This document shows positions 39,275 to 49,225 of a stretch of DNA of 64,000 nt, piece by piece. Source of the DNA: an uncultured Poribacteria bacterium (GTDB taxonomy: Bacteria; Poribacteria; WGA-4E; WGA-3G); contig CATQHZ020000001.1 in NCBI GenBank assembly GCA_958296135.2, positions 1,312,001-1,376,000 of the forward strand, in the 5' to 3' direction. Made by a program: the position numbers and the translations under genes. The notes under the pieces were generated by a model. The model saw only the letters and a program-made list of their open reading frames with translations, searched no databases and was not told the origin of the DNA. How positions within the stretch are numbered: position 1 is the stretch's first letter; each line of letters begins with the position of its first letter.

Positions 39275-40563
39275 GCGATGTCCAAAAGGGTGTCCAACTC
39301 GGACAGCGAGATTTGCAACGGTGGCATTAAAACGATGGTATTGACGAGCGGCCGAAGCATTGCACCGCGGGCGAGAGCCGCCTTGCAAACCCGGATCCCC
39401 ACCTTCTCCTCTAACGGATAAGGTTCGTGGGTATCTGGGTTTTTTATTAATTCCACGCCGGCTGCCAAGCCGCAGCCCCGCACCTCTCCAACGTGCGGCA
39501 GTTGATAGAATTCGTGAAGCCGATTTTGAAAATGCCCGATGGTTGTTTGGAGGCGAGTGAGAAGCTCTTCGCGTTCAAAGATAGCGATGTTTTCCAGCGC
39601 GACGGCGCATGCCAACGGATTTCCGGTGAAGGTATGTCCATGAAAAAAGGTTTTGAGTTCCCGGTATTCGCCGAGGAAGGCGTTATAGATTTCGTCGGTG
39701 GTTAATGTTGCCGCGAGGGGGAGGTAGCCGGCTGCTAATCCTTTCGCTGTGCAGAGCAGGTCTGGACTAACGTCTTCGTGTTCGCATGCCCACATTTTTC
39801 CGGTGCGTCCGAACCCTGTCATTACTTCATCGACGATGAGCAGCGTCTCATATTGCCGTGCTAGTGCGGCAATGCCTTTCAGCAATCCTTTCGGTGCGAC
39901 AAGCATTCCGCCTGCGCCTTGGATGAGCGGCTCCACGATAATCCCTGCAATTTCTGTTGAGTGTTGCGCGAGGGTGTGTTCCATCGCGGTGAGACAACGC
40001 GGTAAGCGCGCACTCTCCGGTGCAGGCACACGGATGCTCTTGAAAAGCAGCGAGTTGAAAGTCCTATGAAAACTCTCAATACCGCCGACGCTCATCGCGC
40101 CTATCGTATCGCCGTGGTATGCCTTATCTAGGTGGACAAACTTTTTACGTTGGGGGTATCCTTTGTGCTGCCAGTACTGATACGCCATCTTCAGCGCGAC
40201 CTCGACGGCGGTGGAGCCGTTGTCGGAGTAGAAGACTTTGGTGAGTCCTGGCGGTGTGAGTTCCACCAACTTTTTGGCGAGGCAGATCGCGGGAATGTTG
40301 CTATATCCGAGCAGTGTGGTGTGCGCGATGTTATCCACTTGTGCTTTGAGCGCGGCGTTGAGCGCAGGGTGATTGTGTCCATGGACGTTTGTCCACATTG
40401 AGGCAGTGCCGTCTAGATACCGATTGCTGTCAATGTCAATCAAGTAGCACCCTTCCCCGCGCGCAATGATAACGGGTGTTTCCTCGTGCCAATCGCTCAT
40501 CTGCGTGAAAGGGTGCCAGAGGTAGCGTTTATCCCAGGCGATAAGGGTTTCTTTATCGGGCAT
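39244..40563 (-). CDS. bioA: Adenosylmethionine-8-amino-7-oxononanoate aminotransferase
   Basis: WHPFTQM, YSDNGSTAVEVALKMA, AYHGDTIG, DEVMTGFGRTG, AKGL..GYLP, FHGHTFTGNPL. Confidence 0.96.
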   Translation of the reverse strand: MPDKETLIAWDKRYLWHPFTQMSDWHEETPVIIARGEGCYLIDIDSNRYLDGTASMWTNVHGHNHPALNAALKAQVDNIAHTTLLGYSNIPAICLAKKLVELTPPGLTKVFYSDNGSTAVEVALKMAYQYWQHKGYPQRKKFVHLDKAYHGDTIGAMSVGGIESFHRTFNSLLFKSIRVPAPESARLPRCLTAMEHTLAQHSTEIAGIIVEPLIQGAGGMLVAPKGLLKGIAALARQYETLLIVDEVMTGFGRTGKMWACEHEDVSPDLLCTAKGLAAGYLPLAATLTTDEIYNAFLGEYRELKTFFHGHTFTGNPLACAVALENIAIFEREELLTRLQTTIGHFQNRLHEFYQLPHVGEVRGCGLAAGVELIKNPDTHEPYPLEEKVGIRVCKAALARGAMLRPLVNTIVLMPPLQISLSELDTLLDIAYGAIAEATG

Positions 40564-40731
40564 ATCCCTATTAATTTGAATCGTCTTGTTTCTGTAGGTT
40601 AAGTTCGCCAGATCTTGAGCGTCACGCCGACAGGAGAGTCATCTCTGCCGGTTTTCCTACCGATTGAGGGACAGGCCCTCAACCTACGGGTTTCCACGTA
40701 GGGTAAGGGCCTGTCCTTCGTGCTCGCTCAG

Positions 40732-41997
40732 CTAACCTTTCAACTTCGCGTAGTGAATCGTCGGTGCAAGTGCCAGGGATTCACACGTCCCCGTTTTGGA
40801 TAGGATAATCGTCAGCACCTTATTCCGATACGTCGCGTGGAAATCTTCGGGTTGGCCCGGAATAGGCAGGGTATTCGTGAATCCGTTCGGGAACGAGCTC
40901 GTGCGTCCGACAACGGGTGCGAACCTCGGGTCATCGAGTTGCGTCTGGACGGTGAGGACGCTTTCTGCTGCAGGCTCATCATCCGGGAAATAGGGTGCAC
41001 TGAGATGAATTTCATAGGTATAGTCCGGCATTCTATCGGGCAATTCGTTCTCTTTTTTGGCTACAGAATTCGGCACCCACCTAGGGAACTCAATTTCGAC
41101 TTGGTAGTAATCCGCTGCTTCAGTGATGCGGTTCACCATGCCGTAGCGTCTGTAGCGTTCGCGGACATCGTCGGCGTAGATTTTGCCATCGGTGAGCACT
41201 GCACCGGGCAGTGTCGTGCGGGGCGTGCTTGGCTCAGCGACTAACGCGGGCCGTAAAAGCGACAGCATCGGTGTTGCGAAGAGCGAGGCTATCCAACCGT
41301 AGAACGCCGCTCCGTAGCGCGGTTGTTCATCATCATCGGCGGAAATGAGTTCATCTTTAAACCGATAGAGGCCCTCGCCGATTGCCGCAACTATCCCCAA
41401 GAAAATCATCAGATTGCCTTCGCTGGTGAACAGGCTGATGCCGTTTGACTTCACACCGATGAGGAACAGCAAAAGTGGATAGAGCATCAGGTTGACGAGG
41501 CTATTAATGCCGGTTGATATGGCGGCACTGAAGATGTGCGTGTGGCCTGCCATCTCTTCAAGCCGACTTTTAAACGTTGCTGAGAAAGCCCCGAGGATAG
41601 GCTGCCCGAGCATTGCTAACAAACCGAACGGCGCGCGAAGCGAAGATGCGGGTGCCTCCGGCAGTTGCACAAATTCTTCGGGAATTCCTTGTTCTTTCTT
41701 TTTCTTAGTTGTCCCGGTTTCGCCGGCTGCGGCAGCCGCCGCTTCGGGTTTAACGAACGTCTCAAAAAAGGTAGCGTTTAAAGCGATATAGGATTCCCAT
41801 TCGCTTGGCACTTCATCTTGCATTTTAATCGCATCGACGGGGCACGCCGGTTCGCACGCCGCGCAGTCGATGCATTCATCTGGGTTGATATAGAGTTGTT
41901 TTTCGCCTTCGGTGGTGTGGATGCAATCCACCGGGCATACGTCAACGCAGGCGGTATCCATCACGTCGACGCACGGTTCACAAATTATGTAAGCCAT
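40732..41997 (-). CDS. 7Fe-type ferredoxin fused to a membrane region and an HSP20/alpha-crystallin-like domain
   Basis: AAGGAGG before ATG 41997; CEPC..ACVDVCPVDCI..ECIDCAACEPACP; hydrophobic helices; C-terminal YYQVEIEFP...FHATYRNKVLTIILSK. Confidence 0.8.
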   Translation of the reverse strand: MAYIICEPCVDVMDTACVDVCPVDCIHTTEGEKQLYINPDECIDCAACEPACPVDAIKMQDEVPSEWESYIALNATFFETFVKPEAAAAAAGETGTTKKKKEQGIPEEFVQLPEAPASSLRAPFGLLAMLGQPILGAFSATFKSRLEEMAGHTHIFSAAISTGINSLVNLMLYPLLLFLIGVKSNGISLFTSEGNLMIFLGIVAAIGEGLYRFKDELISADDDEQPRYGAAFYGWIASLFATPMLSLLRPALVAEPSTPRTTLPGAVLTDGKIYADDVRERYRRYGMVNRITEAADYYQVEIEFPRWVPNSVAKKENELPDRMPDYTYEIHLSAPYFPDDEPAAESVLTVQTQLDDPRFAPVVGRTSSFPNGFTNTLPIPGQPEDFHATYRNKVLTIILSKTGTCESLALAPTIHYAKLKG

Positions 41998-42198
41998 CTT
42001 TTTCGCCTCCTTCTCTTTTAAGTATACCACAAATTGTGGCATTTTGCAACTTTTTTTATTTCGTATCCGCGATACCGCCCTATCGAGATAGGGAGAAGGT
42101 GTCGAGACCGGGAGCATCGAGACCGGGAGGTCTCTCCTACAAGGCAGGGGAACTAGCACTAAACGCAAAACTAAATCGTCTTGAAAAATGAAAAATGT

Positions 42199-42227
42199 TT
42201 GACATTTCGCGCGATTGCTGTTAAAAT
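42199..42227 (+). promoter_or_regulatory. sigma70-type promoter upstream of the REP cluster and truD
   Basis: TTGACA, 17 nt spacer, TG-extended TAAAAT. Confidence 0.6.
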
Positions 42228-42254
42228 TTATAGGTATCTCGCAGATTGAGTGCT

Positions 42255-42545
42255 CGCGGCGGCCAGGCCCCGCGCCCCCTTACCGTAGGGCGCGGTCTTG
42301 TGCTCGCAAATCGCCCTCCCTTTACCGTAGGGCGAGGACCTGTCCCCCTTACCGTAGGGCGCGGTCTTGTGCTCGCAAATCGCCCTCCCTTTACCGTAGG
42401 GCGAGGACCTGTCCCTCGCCATGCATCGATCTGAACAGAAACCGGCTGGGGCCTCGGGGTTACCACAGGGCTTCGTCTCGATCGAAGGACCGCGAGGGAC
42501 AGGCCCTCGCGCTACGGTAAGGGGGCGTTTTTCGTTTCGGTCGAG
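42255..42545. repeat. Family B REP cluster with an internal tandem duplication
   Basis: ttaccgtagggcgcggtcttgtgctcgcaaatcgccctccctttaccgtagggcgaggacctgtccc occurs twice, followed by an inverted cgcgagggacaggccctcgcgctac. Confidence 0.88.
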
Positions 42546-42609
42546 CGTTCGCGGCGGTCTGGTAAAATAACCTCCTTAGCACTAAAGGAGTTCGCCGAAC
42601 GCATTGCGA

Positions 42610-43674
42610 ATGAGAGAAATGCTTAAAACAGAACCTGAAGATTTCATCGTCGAAGAACTACCGCTTTATGAACCGTCCGGAGTAGGCATTCATACCTTTT
42701 TTGCGATTCGGAAACGGGACCTGAGTACGCTTGAGGCGATTAACCGCATCGCGCGAGACTTGCGGATAAATCCGAGAAACATCGGTTACGCGGGCTTAAA
42801 GGATAAGAGAGCTGTGACAACCCAAGTCTTGTCCGTGGAAGGCATCACGCCTGAGCAGATTTTGGCGTTAGCCCTGCCTGTTATTGAGATTTTGTGGGCA
42901 AAGCCGCATCCTCACAAATTACGGGTGGGACATCTCCGCGGGAATCGGTTTGAAATCACGGCGCGCGATATAGCACCGGCGGTGCTGCAAGCCGCTCAAA
43001 GCGCGATGGCATGTCTGGCAAAAGAAGGTGTGCCGAATCGGTTTGGTCCGCAGCGGTTCGGACATCACAACGATTCGCACCTCATCGGTAAGGCACTTGT
43101 GCAAGGCGCATGGGAGACAGCCGTGCGTTACTTCATCACAGTCGAAAACGATGTTGCACGGCGGGTGCAGCGCGAGATGGAACGCAGTACTGCGGAGAAA
43201 GCGGTGGCCTCTATTCCGCATCGGCTGCGCAAACTCTTTTTATCGGCGTATCAAGCGTATCTGTTTAATCTTGTTCTGGCGCAGCGATTGCCGAGATTGG
43301 GCCACCTCATCGATGGCGATGTTGCCATAAAGCATAGCAATGGCGCGCCTTTTCTCATTGAAAATGCTGAAGTTGAACAACCGCGCGCGGATGCGTTTGA
43401 GATTAGTCCTTCGGGCCCAATCTTCGGACATAAGATGCGGCGACCGGCGGGCGTAGTGCAGGCGTTGGAAGCAGCGGTGCTTTCAACGGAAGGTGTCGCG
43501 CCGGAGGCGTTCCGGAAAGTCGCCGGAATTCGGCTGCCGGGGACGCGCCGCCCGCTACGGATGCGGATGGAGTTGCACCAGGTCGCGGCGGTTGATGTGG
43601 GGTTACGTTTGGGATTTACGTTGCCGCCGGGCGGTTACGCGACTGTGGTGTTAGAGGAGCTCAAATTAGCGTAA
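42610..43674 (+). CDS. truD: tRNA pseudouridine(13) synthase
   Basis: PEDFIVEE, YAGLKDKRAVTTQ, GHLRGNRF, PNRFGPQRFG, SAYQAYLFN, FTLPPGGYATV. Confidence 0.95.
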   Translation: MREMLKTEPEDFIVEELPLYEPSGVGIHTFFAIRKRDLSTLEAINRIARDLRINPRNIGYAGLKDKRAVTTQVLSVEGITPEQILALALPVIEILWAKPHPHKLRVGHLRGNRFEITARDIAPAVLQAAQSAMACLAKEGVPNRFGPQRFGHHNDSHLIGKALVQGAWETAVRYFITVENDVARRVQREMERSTAEKAVASIPHRLRKLFLSAYQAYLFNLVLAQRLPRLGHLIDGDVAIKHSNGAPFLIENAEVEQPRADAFEISPSGPIFGHKMRRPAGVVQALEAAVLSTEGVAPEAFRKVAGIRLPGTRRPLRMRMELHQVAAVDVGLRLGFTLPPGGYATVVLEELKLA

Positions 43675-43734
43675 TCCCAAATTTCGCTAGCGAGTAGGCG
43701 GGCGGATTTCTATATCCGTATCTGTCCTTACATT

Positions 43735-45066
43735 TTACACGAGTAGTAGATACGGGGCTTGAATATAACTTGCCACGGTCTGCAGGAACTGCGCTGCAGG
43801 TGCGCCGTCTACGACACGGTGATCGAACGTCAGACTCAGCGTCAGCATGCTACGGACGACAATTTCATCATTGTGGACGGCCGGCTTCTTGACAATTCTG
43901 CCTATGCCGAGGATAGCGCATTCCGGCGGATTGATAATCGGCGTGAAGGCATCAACCCCGAAATTGCCGAGGTTCGTGAGGGTGAAGGTGCCTCCCTGAA
44001 GTTCACCCGGGGTCAGCTGATTATTGCGCGCTTTCTCCGCGAACGCCTTCACCTGCGCGGAGATTTCGGATAACCCGTGCGTATCGGCGTTGCGGATGAC
44101 TGGCACGACGAGTCCATCTTCCAATGCCACCGCCACCCCGATGTTGATTTCTTCTAACAAGTGGATACCGTCGTCGGTAAGCGTTGCGTTGAGCCGTGGG
44201 TGCGTGCGCAAAGCATTCGTGGCCATTTTGACGAGCAGGTCTGTGTAGGTAAGCGTGATGTCGCGCGCCGCTAATTTTTCGTTGAGGTGTCCGCGCAATT
44301 GCACCAGTTCTGTCGCGTCAACTTCGGTGTGAAGCGTAACGTTCGCGTTCGTCTGGACGCTCATCGTCATTCGTTCGGCGATGATGCCGCGGATGCCGCT
44401 CATGGGGATAACTTGAGCTGCGTCTGGCGCGGTCTGGATTTCTTCGCTCCGATGTTGCAGCACATCATCTCGGACGATGCGGCCATCAGGTCCTGAGCCT
44501 GCGATGGATGTCAGGGCAATGCCGTGTTCCTTCGCCAATCGCCGTGCGAGCGGCGATGCCTTGAGGCGCGGGGGTTCGTCCCTGTCGGAGCGAACTTCCG
44601 CTGGCTCCCGCAATTCAATATACCGCTGCACATCGCTTTCCAAAATACGGCCGCCGGGTCCGGAGGCCGTAACCTCTCCCAGGTCGATGGCAAGTTTTTC
44701 GGCGAGTTCCCGTGCTGCTGGCGATGCTTTGATGTCCTTTGCCGCGCGGGTAGGCGAGTTTTCCACGCGCTTTTCCTCTTGCGATTTGGGAACCGGTGCT
44801 CCCGGTTCTATGCGGGCAACCTCTTCACCGGGCGCGGCGATGATGGCTAGCAGTTCGTTGACAGGGACATCGCTTCCCTCTGTCGCGAGCAACTGCGCGA
44901 TAACGCCATCGGCAGGTGATTCCTGTTCATGAACTACCTTGTCTGTCTCAATTTCTAGCAAAGGTTGTCCCTGCGCGACGGTGTCGCCTTCGTTCACGAG
45001 CCATTTCCCGATTTTTCCTTTCGTCATCGTCTGATCCATTTGAAGCATTTTGAGTTCTACTGCCAT
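43735..45066 (-). CDS. Dihydrolipoamide acyltransferase (E2): one lipoyl and two subunit-binding domains
   Basis: IETDKV, ASPAAR..GPGGRI and ASPLARR..GPDGRI, DHRVVDG. Confidence 0.93.
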   Translation of the reverse strand: MAVELKMLQMDQTMTKGKIGKWLVNEGDTVAQGQPLLEIETDKVVHEQESPADGVIAQLLATEGSDVPVNELLAIIAAPGEEVARIEPGAPVPKSQEEKRVENSPTRAAKDIKASPAARELAEKLAIDLGEVTASGPGGRILESDVQRYIELREPAEVRSDRDEPPRLKASPLARRLAKEHGIALTSIAGSGPDGRIVRDDVLQHRSEEIQTAPDAAQVIPMSGIRGIIAERMTMSVQTNANVTLHTEVDATELVQLRGHLNEKLAARDITLTYTDLLVKMATNALRTHPRLNATLTDDGIHLLEEINIGVAVALEDGLVVPVIRNADTHGLSEISAQVKAFAEKARNNQLTPGELQGGTFTLTNLGNFGVDAFTPIINPPECAILGIGRIVKKPAVHNDEIVVRSMLTLSLTFDHRVVDGAPAAQFLQTVASYIQAPYLLLV

Positions 45067-45334
45067 AAATTTCTCCGTCCATTAGCAGGTGGGCGGGTAT
45101 GGAAATCCGCCCTTACCATTTCTAGGCGTTTTCGTGGATATGGAAATCCGCTTTAAAAATCGAGATTGCCGAATCTTGCCGTGTTCGGGCTCCCGATGTC
45201 ACTAACATCGGCGGGTTGCGAACCCGAACTACGATGGTTAAGTGGGTATAAGTCCCAATCATTATTATAGGATATTCTGAGATAAAAGTCAACTGATTCG
45301 TTTCGCTTCTGTAACTACAGAAGTTCATTTGGTT

Positions 45335-45634
45335 TTATCCCTTTTCTATGAGTTGTATCAGCAGTTCAACGTTTTCATCTTTTTCGAGGATGAGTGCCAA
45401 TTTGTGGTATTGCTCGCCTTTGAAAAAGGCTTGGACAAAGGGGCTGAGGGCGAGTAGCAGTTGGCTGCCCAAAAAGTTGAGCGGCTTGCCTATCTCCAAG
45501 AAAAGGATGGCGGGTGCGGTGAGTTGCCGCCGCACAATCCAGTTTGCCAACTTTTGCAGCAAGGCCCGCTGCTCGGTTTCGGGGATGTCTTCAAGGACGC
45601 GCGGCATTTCTGAAGGTGTAGTGTGCATTGTCAT
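45335..45634 (-). CDS. Conserved hypothetical protein
   Basis: KLANWIVRRQLTAPAILFLE..KPLNFLGSQ; lies in the minus-strand gene run. Confidence 0.7.
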   Translation of the reverse strand: MTMHTTPSEMPRVLEDIPETEQRALLQKLANWIVRRQLTAPAILFLEIGKPLNFLGSQLLLALSPFVQAFFKGEQYHKLALILEKDENVELLIQLIEKG

Positions 45635-45696
45635 ATTGTTCTTTCGTGGCATCACGCCGGTAGGCGCGCGTTGTGAGCGCGCCTACCGAGCCTGCA

Positions 45697-46737
45697 TTAG
45701 AGAGACAAATCGCTCAGGTATTCCGCGATGTGCTTAGGTTGTCCGTCAAGCGTCGTCTCCATCGCGGCGATGACGAGGACGAAGCTCTTGATATTGTCCT
45801 CAATTCGCGTATCGGAGGGTTCACCGCCGTCCAGCCAATTGAGGAATTCGTGGAATAGATGCTGATGCGCCTGATAGGGAATCGCGGGTGCCTCATAAAC
45901 TTCGGTTTCACCGCCGACGCGGTGGAGAGTCATCTGGTTGCCGCCTGCAATTTCAACGGCCCCTTCCTCAAATTCGGCGCGGTAATGCTCATGATTCCAG
46001 CAGTTAACGGTGCCGGCGGCGGAACTATTCCCCTCGTAAGATGTGTGGACACCGTTGTCCATCCGCATGACGTAGAAACCGCTGGAGTAGTGCTGAAAAC
46101 TGGACCATTCTGGGTTCCACCCGAACCCGAGGAGCGTTTCACAATCGCCGCCGGAGAGGAACCGTAGCATGTCGAGGTGATGCACAGAGCCCTCAAAGAG
46201 CAGTCCGAAATCCATGTCGTGTCGCCATGCTTTGCCCCAGGAGAGATATCGGCGGTAATCACAAGCGTAGCGTCCGACGATGTGCTGGAGCCGTCCCAAT
46301 CTGCCTTCGTCTCGGATGCGAACGAGTTCCTGCTTGTTATCGGCGTAGCGGTAATTTTGGATAATCGCGCACGGTAACCCGGTGTTCTGTGCGGTGCGCA
46401 CCATCGCTTTGGCGGCATCCAGCGTATCGGCGATGGGTTTCTCGCAAATCACTGGCATGCCGTTTTCCATCGCGGCAATCGCGGCGGGGCTGTGGAATTG
46501 CGGTGGCGTAGCAACCCCACAGAAGTCTGCTTTCACCGTGGCGCATGCCTCATTAAAATCGGTGAAGAGTTGCGATTTGCTCAATCCTAGTGCTTCGGCT
46601 TGCGCTGCCAGCACGTCTGTGTTGACATCTGCCACGCCGACAATTTGCACTTCGTCGCTGAAATTACGAGTCCAATTGTGGATCCAACCGCCGGCCATGC
46701 CGCTGCCGCCGATCATTAAACATGTTCTTTTAGCCAT
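45697..46737 (-). CDS. Gfo/Idh/MocA oxidoreductase
   Basis: AAAGGAG before ATG 46737; IGGSGMA, ATPPQFH, ICEKP, VHHLD. Confidence 0.9.
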   Translation of the reverse strand: MAKRTCLMIGGSGMAGGWIHNWTRNFSDEVQIVGVADVNTDVLAAQAEALGLSKSQLFTDFNEACATVKADFCGVATPPQFHSPAAIAAMENGMPVICEKPIADTLDAAKAMVRTAQNTGLPCAIIQNYRYADNKQELVRIRDEGRLGRLQHIVGRYACDYRRYLSWGKAWRHDMDFGLLFEGSVHHLDMLRFLSGGDCETLLGFGWNPEWSSFQHYSSGFYVMRMDNGVHTSYEGNSSAAGTVNCWNHEHYRAEFEEGAVEIAGGNQMTLHRVGGETEVYEAPAIPYQAHQHLFHEFLNWLDGGEPSDTRIEDNIKSFVLVIAAMETTLDGQPKHIAEYLSDLSL

Positions 46738-46801
46738 AGTTTCTCCTTTTCTGTCATTCGCAAGGCGTTCGGCGAACGTTTCGGGTGCGAATGATGTGAT
46801 T

Positions 46802-47353
46802 TTACTCTGACTCCTTGAAGTTGTCAATGCTTACGTTTTCTGTCAGATGTGCCTGTCGCAGTTGCTTCCCCCGCGAGACATAATCGTCCTTGCCGCGTCT
46901 AACGCGTTCAAGTTCTGCCTCCGTTACGTCGCGTACTATCTTCGCTGGCACTCCCATCGCGAGGGTTCCGGGCGGGATTTCCTGGCCTTCGCGGACTAGC
47001 GCGCCGGCTGCGACGACTGCCCGTTCGCCAATCACGGAGCCGGTCAGCAGAATCGCGCCCATTCCGATGAGTGCTTCGTTGCCGATGGTGCAGCTGTGGA
47101 GGATGGCGCCGTGCCCGATGGTAACGTCGTCGCCGATGAGGCACGGAATTTCTCTATCCATGTGGATGATGGCACCGTCCTGAACGTTGGTGCGGCATCC
47201 GATGCGGATGGGTTCTAAATCGCCTCGGAGGACGCAGTTAAACCAGACGCTTGATTCATCGCCAATAGTCACATCGCCGATGAGCATCGCACCCGGTGCG
47301 ACGAAGACTGTGTCATGCACGTTCGGCGTTATCCCTTCATATTCTATCAACAT
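46802..47353 (-). CDS. Gamma carbonic anhydrase family hexapeptide protein
   Basis: VLRGD, TNVQD..IH, VTIGH..LH, GVPAK. Confidence 0.92.
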   Translation of the reverse strand: MLIEYEGITPNVHDTVFVAPGAMLIGDVTIGDESSVWFNCVLRGDLEPIRIGCRTNVQDGAIIHMDREIPCLIGDDVTIGHGAILHSCTIGNEALIGMGAILLTGSVIGERAVVAAGALVREGQEIPPGTLAMGVPAKIVRDVTEAELERVRRGKDDYVSRGKQLRQAHLTENVSIDNFKESE

Positions 47354-47483
47354 AATTTGAGTTGTCCTGTCAGGCGGATTTCATGAAGATTCAGTAAATA
47401 GGCGGCTCATTTTTTCATGGATACGGGCGGATATAGACATCTGCCTTACATGCCTAGGTAGTTCTCTATATGCGCTTGTTTGA

Positions 47484-49115
47484 TTAATGTGGGGCCGCCA
47501 ACAACTTTCGGAGGTTACTAACGCCGAGTCTGTAAGCGAGTCCGAGTCCGCCTAGGCAAAGCACCATTATTCCGACAAACCACGCGACACCTGCCACATG
47601 CCACGCTATCATCGGGGCGATGACGAGCACCGTGTCTGTCAAAATGACGAACATGAAGGTGAAGAATCGCAACACGGGTTTCCGTTCATCTGTCAATTCC
47701 GCCATCCACGGCAATGTTCCGACAGCGGTGTTCACCGCGATGACCGGGGTGAGAGTCAGTATGGGTATCAACAAGAGCGGTATCCACGCGTCCCCCGGAA
47801 TGTGGAGCAGCATTAAAGCGATAAGCAGCCACACTTCAGTGTAAAGTATTGCGCAGAGCAGGGCTGTCAAGAACTTGCTCTTCCAAGCCAGTTCTGGTGT
47901 GACAGGTGCGGTTTTCAGCATCCACCACGTCTTCGCTTCCTCGCGAAACCCGTTGCAACTCAATCCAAAGGACATCAGCGTGCTATAAAGCAAAATCTGC
48001 ACGCCGAGGACGACAGCATCCTTCGTATCAGCGGTGCTGCCTTGTGCCAACAAGATGCCGAGGTGCATCACCAAAAACAGCGTGAGCATGGCAATACCGA
48101 TAAAACGTCCGCGGTGTCTGATGAAGACGACGAAGTCTTTTCGCATCATGGCCCTCATTTTTCCGCGTCCAATAGGCGCGCGCGATGTGGACATCGCTCC
48201 TGCCTGTGCACTTGTTCTTTTCGATTTGCTTTGCCTGATGTTTTCCCAGCCGCGCGCGTAAATCTGTGTTGCGATGAGCGTCGCGATGCAGGCGGAACCG
48301 AAACTACCCGCGACAAGCAGCGTCCCCCATCGGAATCCCGTGCGCATCGGGGACGCTGCCACCCAGCTGAACATCAGTTGTCCCATCCATTGATACGGAT
48401 ACCATGCGGCAGTCGCCGCCTCCGCCTTTCCAGTGGATGCCCAGTCGAGCAGAAACTGCTTCACTGTCGTCGCCTCAAATTGAAAAAAGAGGGCGAACGA
48501 TACCAGAAATCCGACTGCTACGCCTATCACCGTGCCGAGTGCCTTGAGTGCCGTGATGAGCCCGCCTGTTGAAAAGAAGCGCGCGATTATCATCATGCAG
48601 ATGGTGACGTGACTCGCGATGAGAACAAGAAAGCACGCGCACGCCGGCGTAAATGCAACGTAAAAGTGCCACGGCAGCTGAAACATCAGCCCGAATGCCA
48701 CCCACGGCGGCCCCAAAAAGCACAGCATGCTCAGAAATCGGGTTGCTGTGAGGTGGGCAAACTTGAACCCGAAGATGGCTACCGGTTGTATCGGCATGGC
48801 GCGTAAGAGCGCGCTATCGGGTGCCTCATACAGAAATTTTAGCGAACTCTCCATCAAGTCTCGCGCGACGATGATGACACCGAAAATCATGAACCCGTTG
48901 ATCACGCGGAACACAGCAACAGGCGGTGCCCCAGTCAACCGTAGGTGCCCGAAAAGAGAGGTGCCTAATAGCGAGAGTGCGCCGATGAAAATGAGATACC
49001 ATACCCATTTTAAGCGGAGTCTCCGTCGGGCCTCGCGGTCGCGTTTCAGGCTGTTGAGCCATCCTTGCCAACTTGCGCGGAGCAGAATTTTTGCCGTGAG
49101 AAATGGCGATGTCAT
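47484..49115 (-). CDS. Putative ABC exporter permease
   Basis: Many TM helices in two halves; adjacent to the ABC ATPase. Confidence 0.75.
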   Translation of the reverse strand: MTSPFLTAKILLRASWQGWLNSLKRDREARRRLRLKWVWYLIFIGALSLLGTSLFGHLRLTGAPPVAVFRVINGFMIFGVIIVARDLMESSLKFLYEAPDSALLRAMPIQPVAIFGFKFAHLTATRFLSMLCFLGPPWVAFGLMFQLPWHFYVAFTPACACFLVLIASHVTICMMIIARFFSTGGLITALKALGTVIGVAVGFLVSFALFFQFEATTVKQFLLDWASTGKAEAATAAWYPYQWMGQLMFSWVAASPMRTGFRWGTLLVAGSFGSACIATLIATQIYARGWENIRQSKSKRTSAQAGAMSTSRAPIGRGKMRAMMRKDFVVFIRHRGRFIGIAMLTLFLVMHLGILLAQGSTADTKDAVVLGVQILLYSTLMSFGLSCNGFREEAKTWWMLKTAPVTPELAWKSKFLTALLCAILYTEVWLLIALMLLHIPGDAWIPLLLIPILTLTPVIAVNTAVGTLPWMAELTDERKPVLRFFTFMFVILTDTVLVIAPMIAWHVAGVAWFVGIMVLCLGGLGLAYRLGVSNLRKLLAAPH

Positions 49116-49225
49116 TATTTTATAAGCGTTGCAGTCCTAACGAAAATCAAACGAGCGTCCGATCTAGGGCAAATGCCCCGGTTAGATTCTGAGACTTTAT
49201 CTGGGCAGCTATCGGATTGTGTCGT

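Noticed and set aside
41998-42168. N-terminal extension of the ferredoxin fusion
   Set aside because: It is translated from repeat and promoter DNA; AAGGAGG precedes ATG 41997, where the ferredoxin begins.
42215-42520. Short repetitive ORFs (also 2680-2883, 14775-15005, 34142-34395, 62196-62473)
   Set aside because: These are translations of REP arrays with no RBS or recognisable domain.
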